DNA from: Candidatus Latescibacterota bacterium
GTDB taxonomy: Bacteria; Latescibacterota; UBA2968; GCA-2709665
Reading direction: 5' to 3'
DNA length: 64,000 bases
Assembly (NCBI GenBank): GCA_965237675.1
Contig: OZ250150.1
Coordinates: 864,001 to 928,000, forward strand
The translations under genes and the position numbers were made by a program. The first letter of the stretch is position 1; each line of letters starts with the position of its first letter. The notes beneath the pieces were generated by a model, which did not search any database, was not told the DNA's origin, and saw only the letters and a list, made by a program, of their open reading frames with translations. Shown here piece after piece: positions 39,432 to 50,413 of the stretch.

Positions 39432-42148
39432 TGGACTTGGAAATGATGTTGATCTGTGTGTTGTTGACCCTGGCGATTCTGCTGTTTCTGTTGCCGGACC
39501 GGATTGATGCGGAACCGGTGTTTCGGCCTCAGGTCGACCCGAGTCAGGTTGCGGGTCTTAAGAAAAACCTGGCGTCCCTGTTGGCGCTGTCCGAAAAAGA
39601 ACTGGCGCGTTTGATTCCGAACCGGTCCGGTTTTCGGTTTGTGGATTGCCCGAATTGCTCGGGTGGAGCGGAGGAGAATCAACTGTCGTGGTCGATTGAG
39701 GACCCCGACCGGGTCTTCTGCCAGTTCTGCAACATGCGGTTTCCAAACGAGATGTACCCCGAAAACGGGGTGATGCGGGTGACCAATCCGCGCGGCGAGG
39801 TCCAGGAGTATCCTTATTGGGAAGCGCCGTTTTCGCCGCCCGCGCAGTTGCCGGGATCGCTTTCGCACATCGAGCCCGATAAGAAGTACCGGCACTATTT
39901 CCGGGCCAAGGGATGGTACGTCGCCCGAATGTATTTTTCGGATGCGGCCCATCAACTGGGTAGGCTTTACTATCTCACGAGGAACTCGGCATTCGCTCGA
40001 AGAGCGGCGTTGATTCTGGATCGCTTTGCTCAGGTTTATCCGGGGTATTGCGCCCGGTTCGACGCGCCGTTCCGGACCAAGGTGGTATTCGAGGGAGACC
40101 ACGCGTTTCCCTATCCGGTGTCTCCGTATCTGGCGGCAAAGTGGGATTACTGGGCGTATGGGGATATACCGTCGAACCTGATCCTTGCCTACGATCTGAT
40201 TCGAGAGAGCGGTCAGGTAGACGACGGGATGCGGCGGCGGATCGAGGATGATCTGTTTCGCGGCAGTGTCGGATTTGTACGGTCGTATCCGATTACACTC
40301 AGCAATATGGACCCCGCGATCCTGCGCGGGCTGATTTCCGCGGGACGGGTGCTGGGCGAGCCCGCGTACGTCCACGAAGCGGTGGACTGGATTGGGGATA
40401 TAATCCGGAAGCAGTTTTTTGTCGACGGGATGTGGAGAGAAGGAGCGGTGTCCTATCATAATCAGACGGTGGACGGGCTGGCGGCCGTCATGGACCTTTT
40501 GAAGGGATACAGCGATCCGGAAGGCTACGTAAATCCGGAAAGCGGGGTGCGTTACGAGGATCTGGATCTGTCGGACCGGTTTCCGCTTTTTGAAAAGGCC
40601 AGACGGATTCCGGATCTCTTGCGATATCCGAACGGGCGCCTCGTCGCGGTGCACGATACGTGGGCCTGGCAAAAAAGAGCGCCCACGACAGAGACCGGTC
40701 CTTATCTGCTGGGCGGCGTCGGACATGCCTGGCTGGGGCGGGGCCATGGCGAATATCAGATGCAGGCGCACCTGCACTATTCGGGAGCATACGGACACGC
40801 GCACGCGGATCTGTTGAGTATCACGCTGTTTTCACATGGGCAGGAACGCCTGTCCGATATCGGGTATACCTGGACCCACCAGCGGCAGTGGGCGTCGAGT
40901 ACGCTATCGCACAGCACTGTGGTTGTGAACGGCGAGGACCAGGTGCGAGGACATGAAAACAACCCTTCGGATGGCAACCTGCTGATGTTCGTTCCGGGGG
41001 ATGAAGGGTTTCAGGCGGTGGCCGTACAGGGCGACAGGGCGTATCCCGGAGTTGTACGGGAATACTCGCGATTGCTCGTTATGATTGGCGTTTCGGCGCG
41101 GGATGCGTATGTCGTGGATGTGTTTCGCGTGGACGGGGGAGCGCGGCACGATTACGTGCTGGTTGGAGATGCGAATAACGATGGGTCTATCGAGACGGAT
41201 CTGGATCGGTCGATCTATGGTGAGACGCTGCTGCCGCCCGATGTGGAGGTCGTGTTTCCCAGCGGGGAGACCGTACCGGGTTATGCGAAGGGGCACAATT
41301 TCGTCTACGGGTACGTGCGGGACGTGAGCAGGGCTGAAATCTCCGCGCCGTGGAATGTGGTCTTCACCAGCGAGGGCGAACCGAAGGGTGGTGTTCGTAT
41401 CCACGGGGTTTCAGAGCTGGACGGGGAACTGCTTTTCGGCAAAATGCCATCCGTTCGGCGCGCGGAGGAGAGCGAGGGGAGGCTGGATGACTACACGATG
41501 CCGGCGTTGATCCACCGCCGCGAGGGCAGGGATCTGTCCAGCGTCTTTGTGAATGTGCTGGAGCCTTTTGGCGAAACGCCATTTATCCGGTCCGTGGAGC
41601 GACTGGGGAAGGAGTCGGACGGTCTGGCGCTGAAGATTGAAGGAGAGGATTATACGGACTATCTGTTCTGTAACTTGGACGGTAAACGGATGGTTCTGGG
41701 AGACATGACGCTGGATGGCCGGATCGGGTTTGTGCGTGAACGGAACGGAGCCGTGGAGAGGATGACCCTGGTGGGTGGGGCGCTGCTGAAGAAGGGGAAC
41801 GTCCACCTGTCGGGAGATGGTATCCTGACGGGTACTATCCTTGGCGTGTTGCGGAAGGAAAGTGGCGCCGATATGGACGGTCTGGTGGTGGACGGCAACA
41901 TTCCGGAAGGCGATAGGATGAAGGGATTGACGGTTGTGGTTAAAGACGGGGCAGGGTTTACGCTGGGGCTCCGGTTGGCGGATGTCGTGAAACGGGATGG
42001 CCGGACGGTGCTGGTACTGGCGGACGATCCCGGATTCGAAATGGAACCGGACGGGACGAGCCGGCATGTCTATTTTCCCCGACGGTCCTGGGTCGGAGAG
42101 AATCGATTTGAGATTATGGACGTGAGGCATAGAATCGGATCGAGATAA
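39428..42148 (+). CDS. Heparinase II/III-family polysaccharide lyase-like secreted protein
   Basis: Signal peptide; DGMWREGAVSYH; GHAHADLLSITLF; SDIGY; SHSTVVVNG. Confidence 0.85.
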   Translation: MMDLEMMLICVLLTLAILLFLLPDRIDAEPVFRPQVDPSQVAGLKKNLASLLALSEKELARLIPNRSGFRFVDCPNCSGGAEENQLSWSIEDPDRVFCQFCNMRFPNEMYPENGVMRVTNPRGEVQEYPYWEAPFSPPAQLPGSLSHIEPDKKYRHYFRAKGWYVARMYFSDAAHQLGRLYYLTRNSAFARRAALILDRFAQVYPGYCARFDAPFRTKVVFEGDHAFPYPVSPYLAAKWDYWAYGDIPSNLILAYDLIRESGQVDDGMRRRIEDDLFRGSVGFVRSYPITLSNMDPAILRGLISAGRVLGEPAYVHEAVDWIGDIIRKQFFVDGMWREGAVSYHNQTVDGLAAVMDLLKGYSDPEGYVNPESGVRYEDLDLSDRFPLFEKARRIPDLLRYPNGRLVAVHDTWAWQKRAPTTETGPYLLGGVGHAWLGRGHGEYQMQAHLHYSGAYGHAHADLLSITLFSHGQERLSDIGYTWTHQRQWASSTLSHSTVVVNGEDQVRGHENNPSDGNLLMFVPGDEGFQAVAVQGDRAYPGVVREYSRLLVMIGVSARDAYVVDVFRVDGGARHDYVLVGDANNDGSIETDLDRSIYGETLLPPDVEVVFPSGETVPGYAKGHNFVYGYVRDVSRAEISAPWNVVFTSEGEPKGGVRIHGVSELDGELLFGKMPSVRRAEESEGRLDDYTMPALIHRREGRDLSSVFVNVLEPFGETPFIRSVERLGKESDGLALKIEGEDYTDYLFCNLDGKRMVLGDMTLDGRIGFVRERNGAVERMTLVGGALLKKGNVHLSGDGILTGTILGVLRKESGADMDGLVVDGNIPEGDRMKGLTVVVKDGAGFTLGLRLADVVKRDGRTVLVLADDPGFEMEPDGTSRHVYFPRRSWVGENRFEIMDVRHRIGSR

Positions 42149-42298
42149 TCAAACCATCCGCCCTGAACCGAACCTGGATTCGACAAGGGGTGTCGAATGG
42201 ACTTCGACCCCGGCAGGACGCATTTTTTCCGTTAGAAACGCGACGGTGGGCGAATTCATCTCAGGGAGTTCCTGCCGGAGGTTTTAAAGGTCTTTGTA

Positions 42299-43573
42299 AT
42301 GGGCGCATTTGAAATTGACGTAACTCGGAACGTCCATATTTCCGCACCCACGGGTGCCGCGGTGTACGCGACGCCGACGTACGCGCGGGCATTCGGTGTG
42401 GAAATGATCGAGGATGTGCAGTATGCGGCAATGCACGTCAAACCCGATGGGTCGCCGCACTATTATGCAAAGCGGATTTACAGGAGACGTTCTCCGGATA
42501 ACGGACAGACGTGGACCGACGCCGAGGAACTGCATCGGACCGATCCTGAGGACGTTTCGGAGGTGCAGCGTCACGACCTGGCGACGATTCCGGATCCGGC
42601 GAATGATATCCTGATTTACCTGTATATGACTCACGAAGTGGACCTCAACGAGGGTCCGTTTACGAGGGGAAACCGGATCCAGCGGACACAGCGGACCTAC
42701 TACCGGTTGTCGCACGATGGCGGCCGCACGTGGACGGGCGCCCGGCAGGTGATAGACGAACGCGACCCATATGACGAAACGAACTGGGCGCCGTGTGTGG
42801 CATACGGAGTGCAGGGAGCCCGCTCGAGCGGACAGTGGGTGTTTTTGCCCGACGGAACGCTGGTGATCGGGTACGACGTTATGCAACCCGAGCAACCACC
42901 CGGTTTTCCGCCGGGGATATCGAGTTACTACATCAACACAATTTACGCACAGGCCCGTCTGGCCGCGGACAGACAGACGCTCAACTGGCGATTCGGGGAC
43001 ACGATTGAGGTGATGTACCCCAAATCGATGGTCGGGTGTTGCGAAGCGGCGCTGGCTTGGTTGGGCGGCGACCGGTTGTTCAATACGATGCGGTGCCAGG
43101 GAAACGCAGCGCACGGCATTCATTCCATTCGTTATACGACGATTTCTGAAGATGGAGGGTTGAACTGGACGGATCCCGCACCGCTGGTCTACGACGACGG
43201 CGGAACGGTCTGGACGCCGGCGTCACCCCATCGGTTCTTCCTGTCGTCGAAGACCGAAAGAACATACGTGCTGGCCAATATTCTCCCGGGTCCGGTTCAC
43301 GGGCAGACCCCGAGGTATCCGTTGTCGATAGCCGAATTTGATACGGATCGCCTATGCGTGTTGAGGGATACGGTGCAGGTTATTCAAGATCTGCCCGAAG
43401 GCGCGCCAGAGTCCAGGCGATACACGAATTTCTCAATGTATGAAGAGCGCGGTTCGGGCGATCTGATTTTGCAGATGCCGGAGCAACCGAAACACGTGGA
43501 ATTTGAAGCGATGACCAAACCCGAGGATTTTACGGCGGACTGTATTCGGTTTCGCATTGAAATCAGCGGATAA
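42299..43573 (+). CDS. Sialidase-like BNR/Asp-box beta-propeller protein
   Basis: Asp boxes SPDNGQTW, SHDGGRTW, SEDGGLNW; TPRYPL. Confidence 0.8.
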   Translation: MGAFEIDVTRNVHISAPTGAAVYATPTYARAFGVEMIEDVQYAAMHVKPDGSPHYYAKRIYRRRSPDNGQTWTDAEELHRTDPEDVSEVQRHDLATIPDPANDILIYLYMTHEVDLNEGPFTRGNRIQRTQRTYYRLSHDGGRTWTGARQVIDERDPYDETNWAPCVAYGVQGARSSGQWVFLPDGTLVIGYDVMQPEQPPGFPPGISSYYINTIYAQARLAADRQTLNWRFGDTIEVMYPKSMVGCCEAALAWLGGDRLFNTMRCQGNAAHGIHSIRYTTISEDGGLNWTDPAPLVYDDGGTVWTPASPHRFFLSSKTERTYVLANILPGPVHGQTPRYPLSIAEFDTDRLCVLRDTVQVIQDLPEGAPESRRYTNFSMYEERGSGDLILQMPEQPKHVEFEAMTKPEDFTADCIRFRIEISG

Positions 43574-43661
43574 CGCAGACCCCTGGGAGCAACCCTTGGT
43601 GTTGACCGCCCACCGACGTGAGGCGAACCGGGGGTTTCGTGAAGTGACGGGAGAATACGAA

Positions 43662-46076
43662 ATGACGCGGATGGCAGACACCACGGAATTGAAGGCGCCG
43701 TTCTTGCCGGCGGAGGAGAATGAATTGAGCCGCCGCTACCTGCGGATGATCGAAAAATGGATTCCGGTGGGCATCGAGTATTTTCAGGAATGGCCGGACA
43801 GGCCGGATTGCGGGCATTTTTTCGGCGGGTGTCACTGGTATGGAAACGAGACGGCGCCGCCCGTGGAGACATTCGCCCTGGCGAGCGTCTCGCCGGAGTA
43901 CGATGAGAAAGGGGTTGGCGTATCCCGGGACGACCTTCAGCGCATGGCCATTATGGGATTGCGCTATCTTTGTTTCACACACGACTCCGGGCCGGCGGAT
44001 TGCGTGCGGCCCAGTGAGGGAATGGGGCGGCCGGAGATCTGTGGAACCAAGTGGGGGGAACGGGGGCTGGGGTTCTTCAAGGAAAGCCAGTGCGGCCACG
44101 GGATCGCGGCGCTGGGGCGGGTATGCCTGCTGTTGCGGGACCGGATCGACGACGAAACGTGGATGATGATGGCGCGGGTGCACGCGGACTATTCGGAACG
44201 GTTCGGGAATATGGCGCCGAAGAGCGGGATTTACGTGGATACGCAGATGGAAGAGAATGCCTGGACATCCAACGGATTGACCTCCTGCTATTTATTTCTT
44301 GAGCGCCACGAACAGGCCGCTCAATGGGAAGCCACGTGCAGGCGGTGGATGTATTCCACCTGCGCGGCGCCCCAGGATGCGAAGGACCGCGGCGCGATTG
44401 GCCAGACCACGGCAGGGGCGTTGGCGGGGAAGACGTTTACGGCGCTGCCGGATTACTGGGCGGAAAACCACGGGATGGTGCATCCGAATTACACGGGGTC
44501 CGGCGTCCGCCCGCTCACCGCGGCGGGAGCGCAATTGAAGTTGTGGGGGCGGGAACTGCCGCCGGAGTTGTTCTGGAACCGCCGCAGAGTATACGAAAAT
44601 TTGAAGGCGATGACCGACGGGTGGGGGTACGCCCAGGCCGTGCAGGGGATGGACTGGCACTATCTGCCCACGACCGGAAGCGAGACCCCGCATTCCGCGG
44701 CGGCTGTGTTCTTCGACGACCCGGACGCCGCCGCGCTTCTGCGAAGAGGGCTCCGGAACGCGGAACTGCGGCAGGATGGAAACGGGGGTCGGATGTACGA
44801 CAAGGAATTCTCCATGAGGGCGCACGACCAGCAGGATCCGATGATCATGCGGGAAGTCACCATCGGCGCCATCGCGCACCAGTATCTGTTTCACCGCTTG
44901 TTCGGCCCCGGCGCGAAACCCACCCCGGAAGATGAACTGGAACGGCGATTGGCCGGGGTGCGGGAGTATCCGCACGCGGGTTTCGTCCATCACCGGCATC
45001 CGAGAGGGCAAACCTCGTTTTCCTGGCGGAACTCCGTGATGGCGATGCCGCTGACGCGGGAGGGAATCTATACGATCGCGCCCTGTTCGGATAGCTGGCT
45101 GGGCAGGCCGGTGGTGAAGGGACGTCCGGACAGCCATCGACTGAAGCGGGTGCGGGTGACCGACTATGACGACGGATTTGCCGCCGCGATGGTCATGGAC
45201 CGGTGCCAGGAGTCGCTGCGGCAGCAGGTGTTATTCGCCAGTCTGCCCGATGGACGGGCGCTGTCCTACGAGCGGTTTACGGCCCTGGAGGATCTGACCG
45301 TGGAATCGCTCGACCAGGGATTCCTGCGGATCACCAATGAACATTTTCCGTTGCTCGAGCCGAACTGCAGAGGCGTCCGGACACTGTACCGCCCCGACGG
45401 GTCAATCGACTACAGGGGCTGGCTCGGCGATCGCGAGGAGGACGATATCCAGGATCGCCTCGGCAGGCCGGCATGGCTGAATATTGACAACCGGCTGGGC
45501 ATTGTGTTTTCGGGATCGGGCAACGCGGTTTATCTCAATCGGCACTATTACAAACCGTATCGCGCCATCGCGGATGATTTGACGCTGTCCCTTCAAGCAA
45601 AAGAAACGGCGTTGCGGGCGGGCGAGGAAGCCGGATCCCTGGCGGCGTTGCTGATTCCCGAGCAGGCCCACGAAGACACGGCTTCGAGTCACCTCGACGT
45701 CCTGACGGGGCCGGACCAGAGCGCCTGCCTCGTTTCAAACGGCTACCTCGCGGCGGCCAATTTCGCCACGGAACGCAGGGTGTGTGCGTTTGCGCAGGCC
45801 CGGCGGGAGGAAATCGTCGTTTACACGGGAGCGACGGCGGAAGTTCATGGAGATTCAGTACGATATGACGTGCCGCTCAACAGCGAGAGCGCCTGTATGC
45901 TCGGTGTGTCGCATACGCTGCGCGTGAAGGGCGACATACGGGTGGATGCCGCCCCGGACGGGGTGATCTATGTGACGAACACCGGTACAGATCAATTGGC
46001 GGTCGAGATTACAAGCGGGGAAGATGCGGGCGGGGAGCGGGCGATCGACGCCGGGCAGATCCTACGTATCGGATAA
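43662..46076 (+). CDS. Hypothetical protein, 804 aa (paralog of 35557-37971)
   Basis: Same motif set as the 35557 ORF; ATG 43662 has a GGGAG RBS. Confidence 0.8.
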   Translation: MTRMADTTELKAPFLPAEENELSRRYLRMIEKWIPVGIEYFQEWPDRPDCGHFFGGCHWYGNETAPPVETFALASVSPEYDEKGVGVSRDDLQRMAIMGLRYLCFTHDSGPADCVRPSEGMGRPEICGTKWGERGLGFFKESQCGHGIAALGRVCLLLRDRIDDETWMMMARVHADYSERFGNMAPKSGIYVDTQMEENAWTSNGLTSCYLFLERHEQAAQWEATCRRWMYSTCAAPQDAKDRGAIGQTTAGALAGKTFTALPDYWAENHGMVHPNYTGSGVRPLTAAGAQLKLWGRELPPELFWNRRRVYENLKAMTDGWGYAQAVQGMDWHYLPTTGSETPHSAAAVFFDDPDAAALLRRGLRNAELRQDGNGGRMYDKEFSMRAHDQQDPMIMREVTIGAIAHQYLFHRLFGPGAKPTPEDELERRLAGVREYPHAGFVHHRHPRGQTSFSWRNSVMAMPLTREGIYTIAPCSDSWLGRPVVKGRPDSHRLKRVRVTDYDDGFAAAMVMDRCQESLRQQVLFASLPDGRALSYERFTALEDLTVESLDQGFLRITNEHFPLLEPNCRGVRTLYRPDGSIDYRGWLGDREEDDIQDRLGRPAWLNIDNRLGIVFSGSGNAVYLNRHYYKPYRAIADDLTLSLQAKETALRAGEEAGSLAALLIPEQAHEDTASSHLDVLTGPDQSACLVSNGYLAAANFATERRVCAFAQARREEIVVYTGATAEVHGDSVRYDVPLNSESACMLGVSHTLRVKGDIRVDAAPDGVIYVTNTGTDQLAVEITSGEDAGGERAIDAGQILRIG

Positions 46077-46097
46077 CGAATGACCGGAACCGTTCGT

Positions 46098-46275
46098 TAC
46101 GCTTGTCGAAATGCCCGTGTTTCGCTATCCGTTCGATGCCCTTTGACAGGCCCCGGGACCTCCTTCGCCGACCCTTCGACAAGCTCAGGGAGCGGCTCAG
46201 GGTGCAGGCCCATTGATGTTCGTTGCTTGCGTTGCCTGTGCTAAGCTTGTCGAAACGGCCTGTCGAAGCAAGCTT
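46098..46275. repeat. REP/MITE-like composite repeat, family A
   Basis: GCTTGTCGAAATGCCCGTGTTTCG...CCCTTCGACAAGCTCAGGGAGCGGCTCAGGG matches 880-993. Confidence 0.7.
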
Positions 46276-46377
46276 GACGAGGGACGGTATAATACCTCCC
46301 CTCCCCGCGCCGGGGAGGGGTCGCCGGCCGAATCTCGGCAATCTATTTCCGGGACAGAACACTGAGGAGGCATTTCC

Positions 46378-48912
46378 TTGACCGATCAATGGGTACTTCA
46401 GAATAGCGCCTTGATTTTGAGATGGGAGGGTGGGGATCTGCAGGTGGAGAATCGGCTTTCGGGTAAGTGCCGTTCGTTTGACTTTCCCGCATTCATGATC
46501 CGGCTGGGTGAAGTGGAGATTCCGGCGGACCGTTTTGTTCAGACCGGTATGCAGCCTGGCACGGATCAGATGATGTTTGACTATCGGCACGAAGCGACTG
46601 GAATTCGCGTCCAGGTGCGGTACTGGATCGATGGAGACAATCCCTGGTTCAGGAAACAGTTGACGCTTCAGGCGCCGGACAGTCCCAACGCGCCGACGCC
46701 GGACCGGCTATGGGTGGACATACAGGAACAACCTCCGCGGCCGATTCGACGGGTCGGATACGGCGTCCGCGGTGGGCCGGACGTGGAAGAACAGGCCGGG
46801 CTCGACACGTACGCCCCCCCGGTACCGGGATGCGGGTATCCGGTGTGGGCAGGAGACTGGTTCGCCGGCCTGGAACATCCGGTGGGGTTTACGGTTCCTG
46901 GAGAAAAGCTGGAGCTCTTTCACCACCCGGTGTGGGACGACGAAAGGCGAATTGAGAGTTACACCGCGGTCTACGGCGCGGCAGAGAGTCATGAGACCGT
47001 GCGAGACGCGTTTATGGACTATCTGTGGCAGATCCGCCTGCCCCGGCTGTCGAAGCCGATTTTCCATCTTTCCGTGGGATGGTCCGTGCGGTATCTCGGA
47101 AATCGGGAGTATATCGACTCGTTCGAAATGAACCAGGCCTACGCCGACGCGGTATCGGACCTGGGCCTGAAGCCCGACTCCCTGGCGTTTGACGCGGGGT
47201 GGTTCGACCGGAAGTCGATCTACCGGCATAAGGCAGACGACGAGAATGACTCGGGGTTTATCGCGTTTTCCGAAGATCTGAAACAGAAGGGGTTCTCGCT
47301 GGCATTATGGGTGACCCACAATGGGCCGGTGGGTTTTGACACCGATTGGATCCAGGAACAGGGTTGGCGGGTCGGCGAGGGACCCGGCTCCTACGGAAGC
47401 GGGACGTTTGTGGTGATGGCGCAACCGTCCTTCGAAGAAGCCCTGGCGCAGCGCTGGGAGCGGCTGGTGAAAGACGTGGGAGCCGTGCACCTGAAAATCG
47501 ACTGGGACAACGAGTGTGCCACCCATCCTGATTTCCGGGACCGTTTACCCACACCCGATCACATGCGAGAGGCTTCGGTAAACGCGTTCAATCGGATCGA
47601 TCGCCGGCTGCGGGCGGTTAATCCGGACCTGGTGACACGGAACGGGTGGTGGCCGAGCCCCTGGTGGTTGTGCCTGGCGAACCACACCTGGCTGGTTCAT
47701 TCGGGAGATTGTGAGTACGCATCGTGGCCGTCTCGAACCCAGCGAGACCGGGCCCTGACGCATCGGGACGCGGTTTATTATCAGATCATGCGCCGGGCGG
47801 AGACGCCCATCTTTTTCGACGCGTACGACAATCACGAATTCGTGCAGGCATTGACCAATGCGTTTGGAGACCCGGACCATACCTGGCTGGACAATCTTGT
47901 GCTGGCGGCCTGCCGCGGCACCACCTATATGCCGATGCCGGTGAATCCTGAAAGTCTGAGGGCGGAACGGGCTGAACAGCTTCAGTCAATGATGGACTGG
48001 ATGCGTTTCAACGCGGACGAACTGGGCACGAAGGGGACGCAGATGGTGCTGGGGAGTCCGGCCTTCGGCGAAGTCTATGGTTTTCTGCATCCGTCGGATG
48101 GAAGCGCGTGGCTCCTGCTGCGAAATCCCTCCGTCGAGCCGCAGGCGGTGGATCTTGGGGTGGACTACGGGTTGGGATATGTGCCGGACGCCATCCGACA
48201 GGTTTATCCTTTCTGGCAGGACCTGGAAGGGTCGGTGACGATGTTGGGGAACGAAGTACGTCTGCTGAAGATCTTCGCCGACACACAGGAGGACGTTTCT
48301 CCCATACCCGGCGCCCCGTTCATGGCGCGGCTGTGCGATGGCGGGTGTGAATACCTGTTTCCGGGAGACCGGCGGCTTGCGGACAACGTGGGGCCGGTGG
48401 TGCATCCGGATATGCAGATCAACGGTCTTTCCGCCGAGGCAACGTGCGACGACCTGAACGACGGGATGCACAGGATGCAATGGTACGTCGCGGTGCCCCA
48501 CCGATTCGAGCGTCCGGAGCTGCAGGTTGTTCTAGGCGGGCCGGAGAAGGTGCTGGATAGTGTGGACGTCCGCGCCGGCGGATCGCGGTACCGGGGTGTG
48601 CCCGGTTGTTACTCGTACGTGACCCAGCGCATCCACCGGCAGGCCCGCAGCGGCCACGGCACGTCCAGGTTCCTGCCCCCCGTGGGACCGAGGGAACGTG
48701 ACGACTATCTATTCAGCATTCACGACAGCGGATGGTCGTCCGTAACGGTGGATATTACGGGCGACGACCTTGAAGAACTGACGGTAAAGGCCTGGATCAC
48801 GGGGTACGAGGCGCCCGCCAGGCAGACGATTGTCCGGGACAGACCGCCGATGTCGGGCACGTTGCTACCGATGCATCCGTATGGGTTTTCGAGATGTCTT
48901 GAAATCAGGTGA
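46378..48912 (+). CDS. Glycoside hydrolase clan-D-like (alpha-galactosidase-like) protein
   Basis: AFDAGW, LALW, HLKIDWD motifs; GAGGAGG RBS before TTG. Confidence 0.7.
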   Translation: MTDQWVLQNSALILRWEGGDLQVENRLSGKCRSFDFPAFMIRLGEVEIPADRFVQTGMQPGTDQMMFDYRHEATGIRVQVRYWIDGDNPWFRKQLTLQAPDSPNAPTPDRLWVDIQEQPPRPIRRVGYGVRGGPDVEEQAGLDTYAPPVPGCGYPVWAGDWFAGLEHPVGFTVPGEKLELFHHPVWDDERRIESYTAVYGAAESHETVRDAFMDYLWQIRLPRLSKPIFHLSVGWSVRYLGNREYIDSFEMNQAYADAVSDLGLKPDSLAFDAGWFDRKSIYRHKADDENDSGFIAFSEDLKQKGFSLALWVTHNGPVGFDTDWIQEQGWRVGEGPGSYGSGTFVVMAQPSFEEALAQRWERLVKDVGAVHLKIDWDNECATHPDFRDRLPTPDHMREASVNAFNRIDRRLRAVNPDLVTRNGWWPSPWWLCLANHTWLVHSGDCEYASWPSRTQRDRALTHRDAVYYQIMRRAETPIFFDAYDNHEFVQALTNAFGDPDHTWLDNLVLAACRGTTYMPMPVNPESLRAERAEQLQSMMDWMRFNADELGTKGTQMVLGSPAFGEVYGFLHPSDGSAWLLLRNPSVEPQAVDLGVDYGLGYVPDAIRQVYPFWQDLEGSVTMLGNEVRLLKIFADTQEDVSPIPGAPFMARLCDGGCEYLFPGDRRLADNVGPVVHPDMQINGLSAEATCDDLNDGMHRMQWYVAVPHRFERPELQVVLGGPEKVLDSVDVRAGGSRYRGVPGCYSYVTQRIHRQARSGHGTSRFLPPVGPRERDDYLFSIHDSGWSSVTVDITGDDLEELTVKAWITGYEAPARQTIVRDRPPMSGTLLPMHPYGFSRCLEIR

Positions 48913-49212
48913 GGCGGCGAGCGCAAACAGGCTGCGATCGCCCTTCCTGGCTTCGCTCTGCTTAGCAGCAACCCAAAAAGGTGAAAGCGAACCCGCAAGC
49001 CCGTTTGGCGGGCTAATCACTCCCCCCTTGAGGGGGGGGAGTCGTAGAAGCCGAGCCGACCCCCTGTGGCTTGTCCTGAACCTGTCGAAGGGCAGGCGAC
49101 GGCTGATGCGGTGGGGGATTTCAACGCCTTGCCGTATGCAAGCGGCATGAAAAAACATGAACGCATTTAGCGTAGAAGTCTTACTGCAAGACTCCAAAAA
49201 GGAGGCTGAGAG

Positions 49213-50091
49213 ATGGCGTTGAGACACGATGCCGAACGGGGCGTGTGGCACTTTGAAACTGAGCAGATGACGGGACACATACAGCCGGACGGGGACCGGC
49301 ATGGGATCAAGGAGTTGACCCATAAGCCCACCGGGGAGCAGGTGGTGCATCCGAAGTACGACCTCCTGAATCTGTTTTTCATGTTTTCACAGAATCACTG
49401 TATGGGGCAGGCTCGTGAGAACGAGCGCACCATTACATCCGAGGGCAATGCGATCGACGTGCACTGGGCGCCAACGGACGATCACAAGGCGGAGATGACG
49501 GCCAGGTACGAAGTTGTCGAACCGAACGCGGTGGACATGTCGATAACCGTGGCGTCCAACTGGCCGTACCCGGCTTATGAAGTGTTTTTGTCGAACTATT
49601 TCGATCTGTCGCTGAGGCCGTACGTGTATGTTCAGGGCAGTCCGTTCGATATTCCGGCAGACCAGGCGCGTTGGATAGCGCCGGAGGTGAACGACGTATT
49701 TGTGGGAACGGGACTGGTATTCTCGAGGGATCAACACGCGGCCAGGCGGTCTACCGACGGGCGATGGGACCGAATCTGGGGCCTCTACCAGTGGAATCCC
49801 CAGCGTTATTTCGAATTGCCGATGATCATGAGCGCGAACCTTGAAAAGGGCGTTGCGGGCGTTCTGATGTCCAGGCCTCAGGATTGTTACGCGGTGATCA
49901 GCGGGTACCAGAGCGAGAACATGAAAGATCCGTTCAGGGATCAGAACCCCCTCTACCTCTCGTTGTTCGGGGATGATTTCCGTGTTGGCGATGAACGGAC
50001 CGTGGAGGTGCGGTTCGCCGTCACCGAAATCGATGAATCGATGGCGCAGCCCCTGGCGTTATACGAAGCGTTCATGGAAGCAAAGGGGTAG
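49213..50091 (+). CDS. Hypothetical protein (beta-rich)
   Basis: AAGGAGG RBS; 292-aa ORF with host-like codon usage. Confidence 0.75.
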   Translation: MALRHDAERGVWHFETEQMTGHIQPDGDRHGIKELTHKPTGEQVVHPKYDLLNLFFMFSQNHCMGQARENERTITSEGNAIDVHWAPTDDHKAEMTARYEVVEPNAVDMSITVASNWPYPAYEVFLSNYFDLSLRPYVYVQGSPFDIPADQARWIAPEVNDVFVGTGLVFSRDQHAARRSTDGRWDRIWGLYQWNPQRYFELPMIMSANLEKGVAGVLMSRPQDCYAVISGYQSENMKDPFRDQNPLYLSLFGDDFRVGDERTVEVRFAVTEIDESMAQPLALYEAFMEAKG

Positions 50092-50413
50092 GCGCGGTCG
50101 CGCAGAATACGGGGGCAATCCTCGCCTCTCCCTTCGCCGACCTGCGTCCGACGGGGGACAAGGGCGTCTTTTCAGTACGAGAATGTGCCTGCAGTCATAC
50201 ATATTTGGCCGCAACTCAATGAATCCAACGCCCAGGATCCGGAAAATTGATGCCGCACCCACCGTCGCCCGTCCGCCGTATCAGCGCTACTGCGGTGGGC
50301 AGACGCCCGAACCTGAGCCAATATCGCAGCCAGATTTCCCTTGCCTGGGAACGAGAAAATGCCGTTTTTTCTTCCAATCCTATCGTCCACCGTCAAGAAG
50401 CGAGTAAAGCAAA

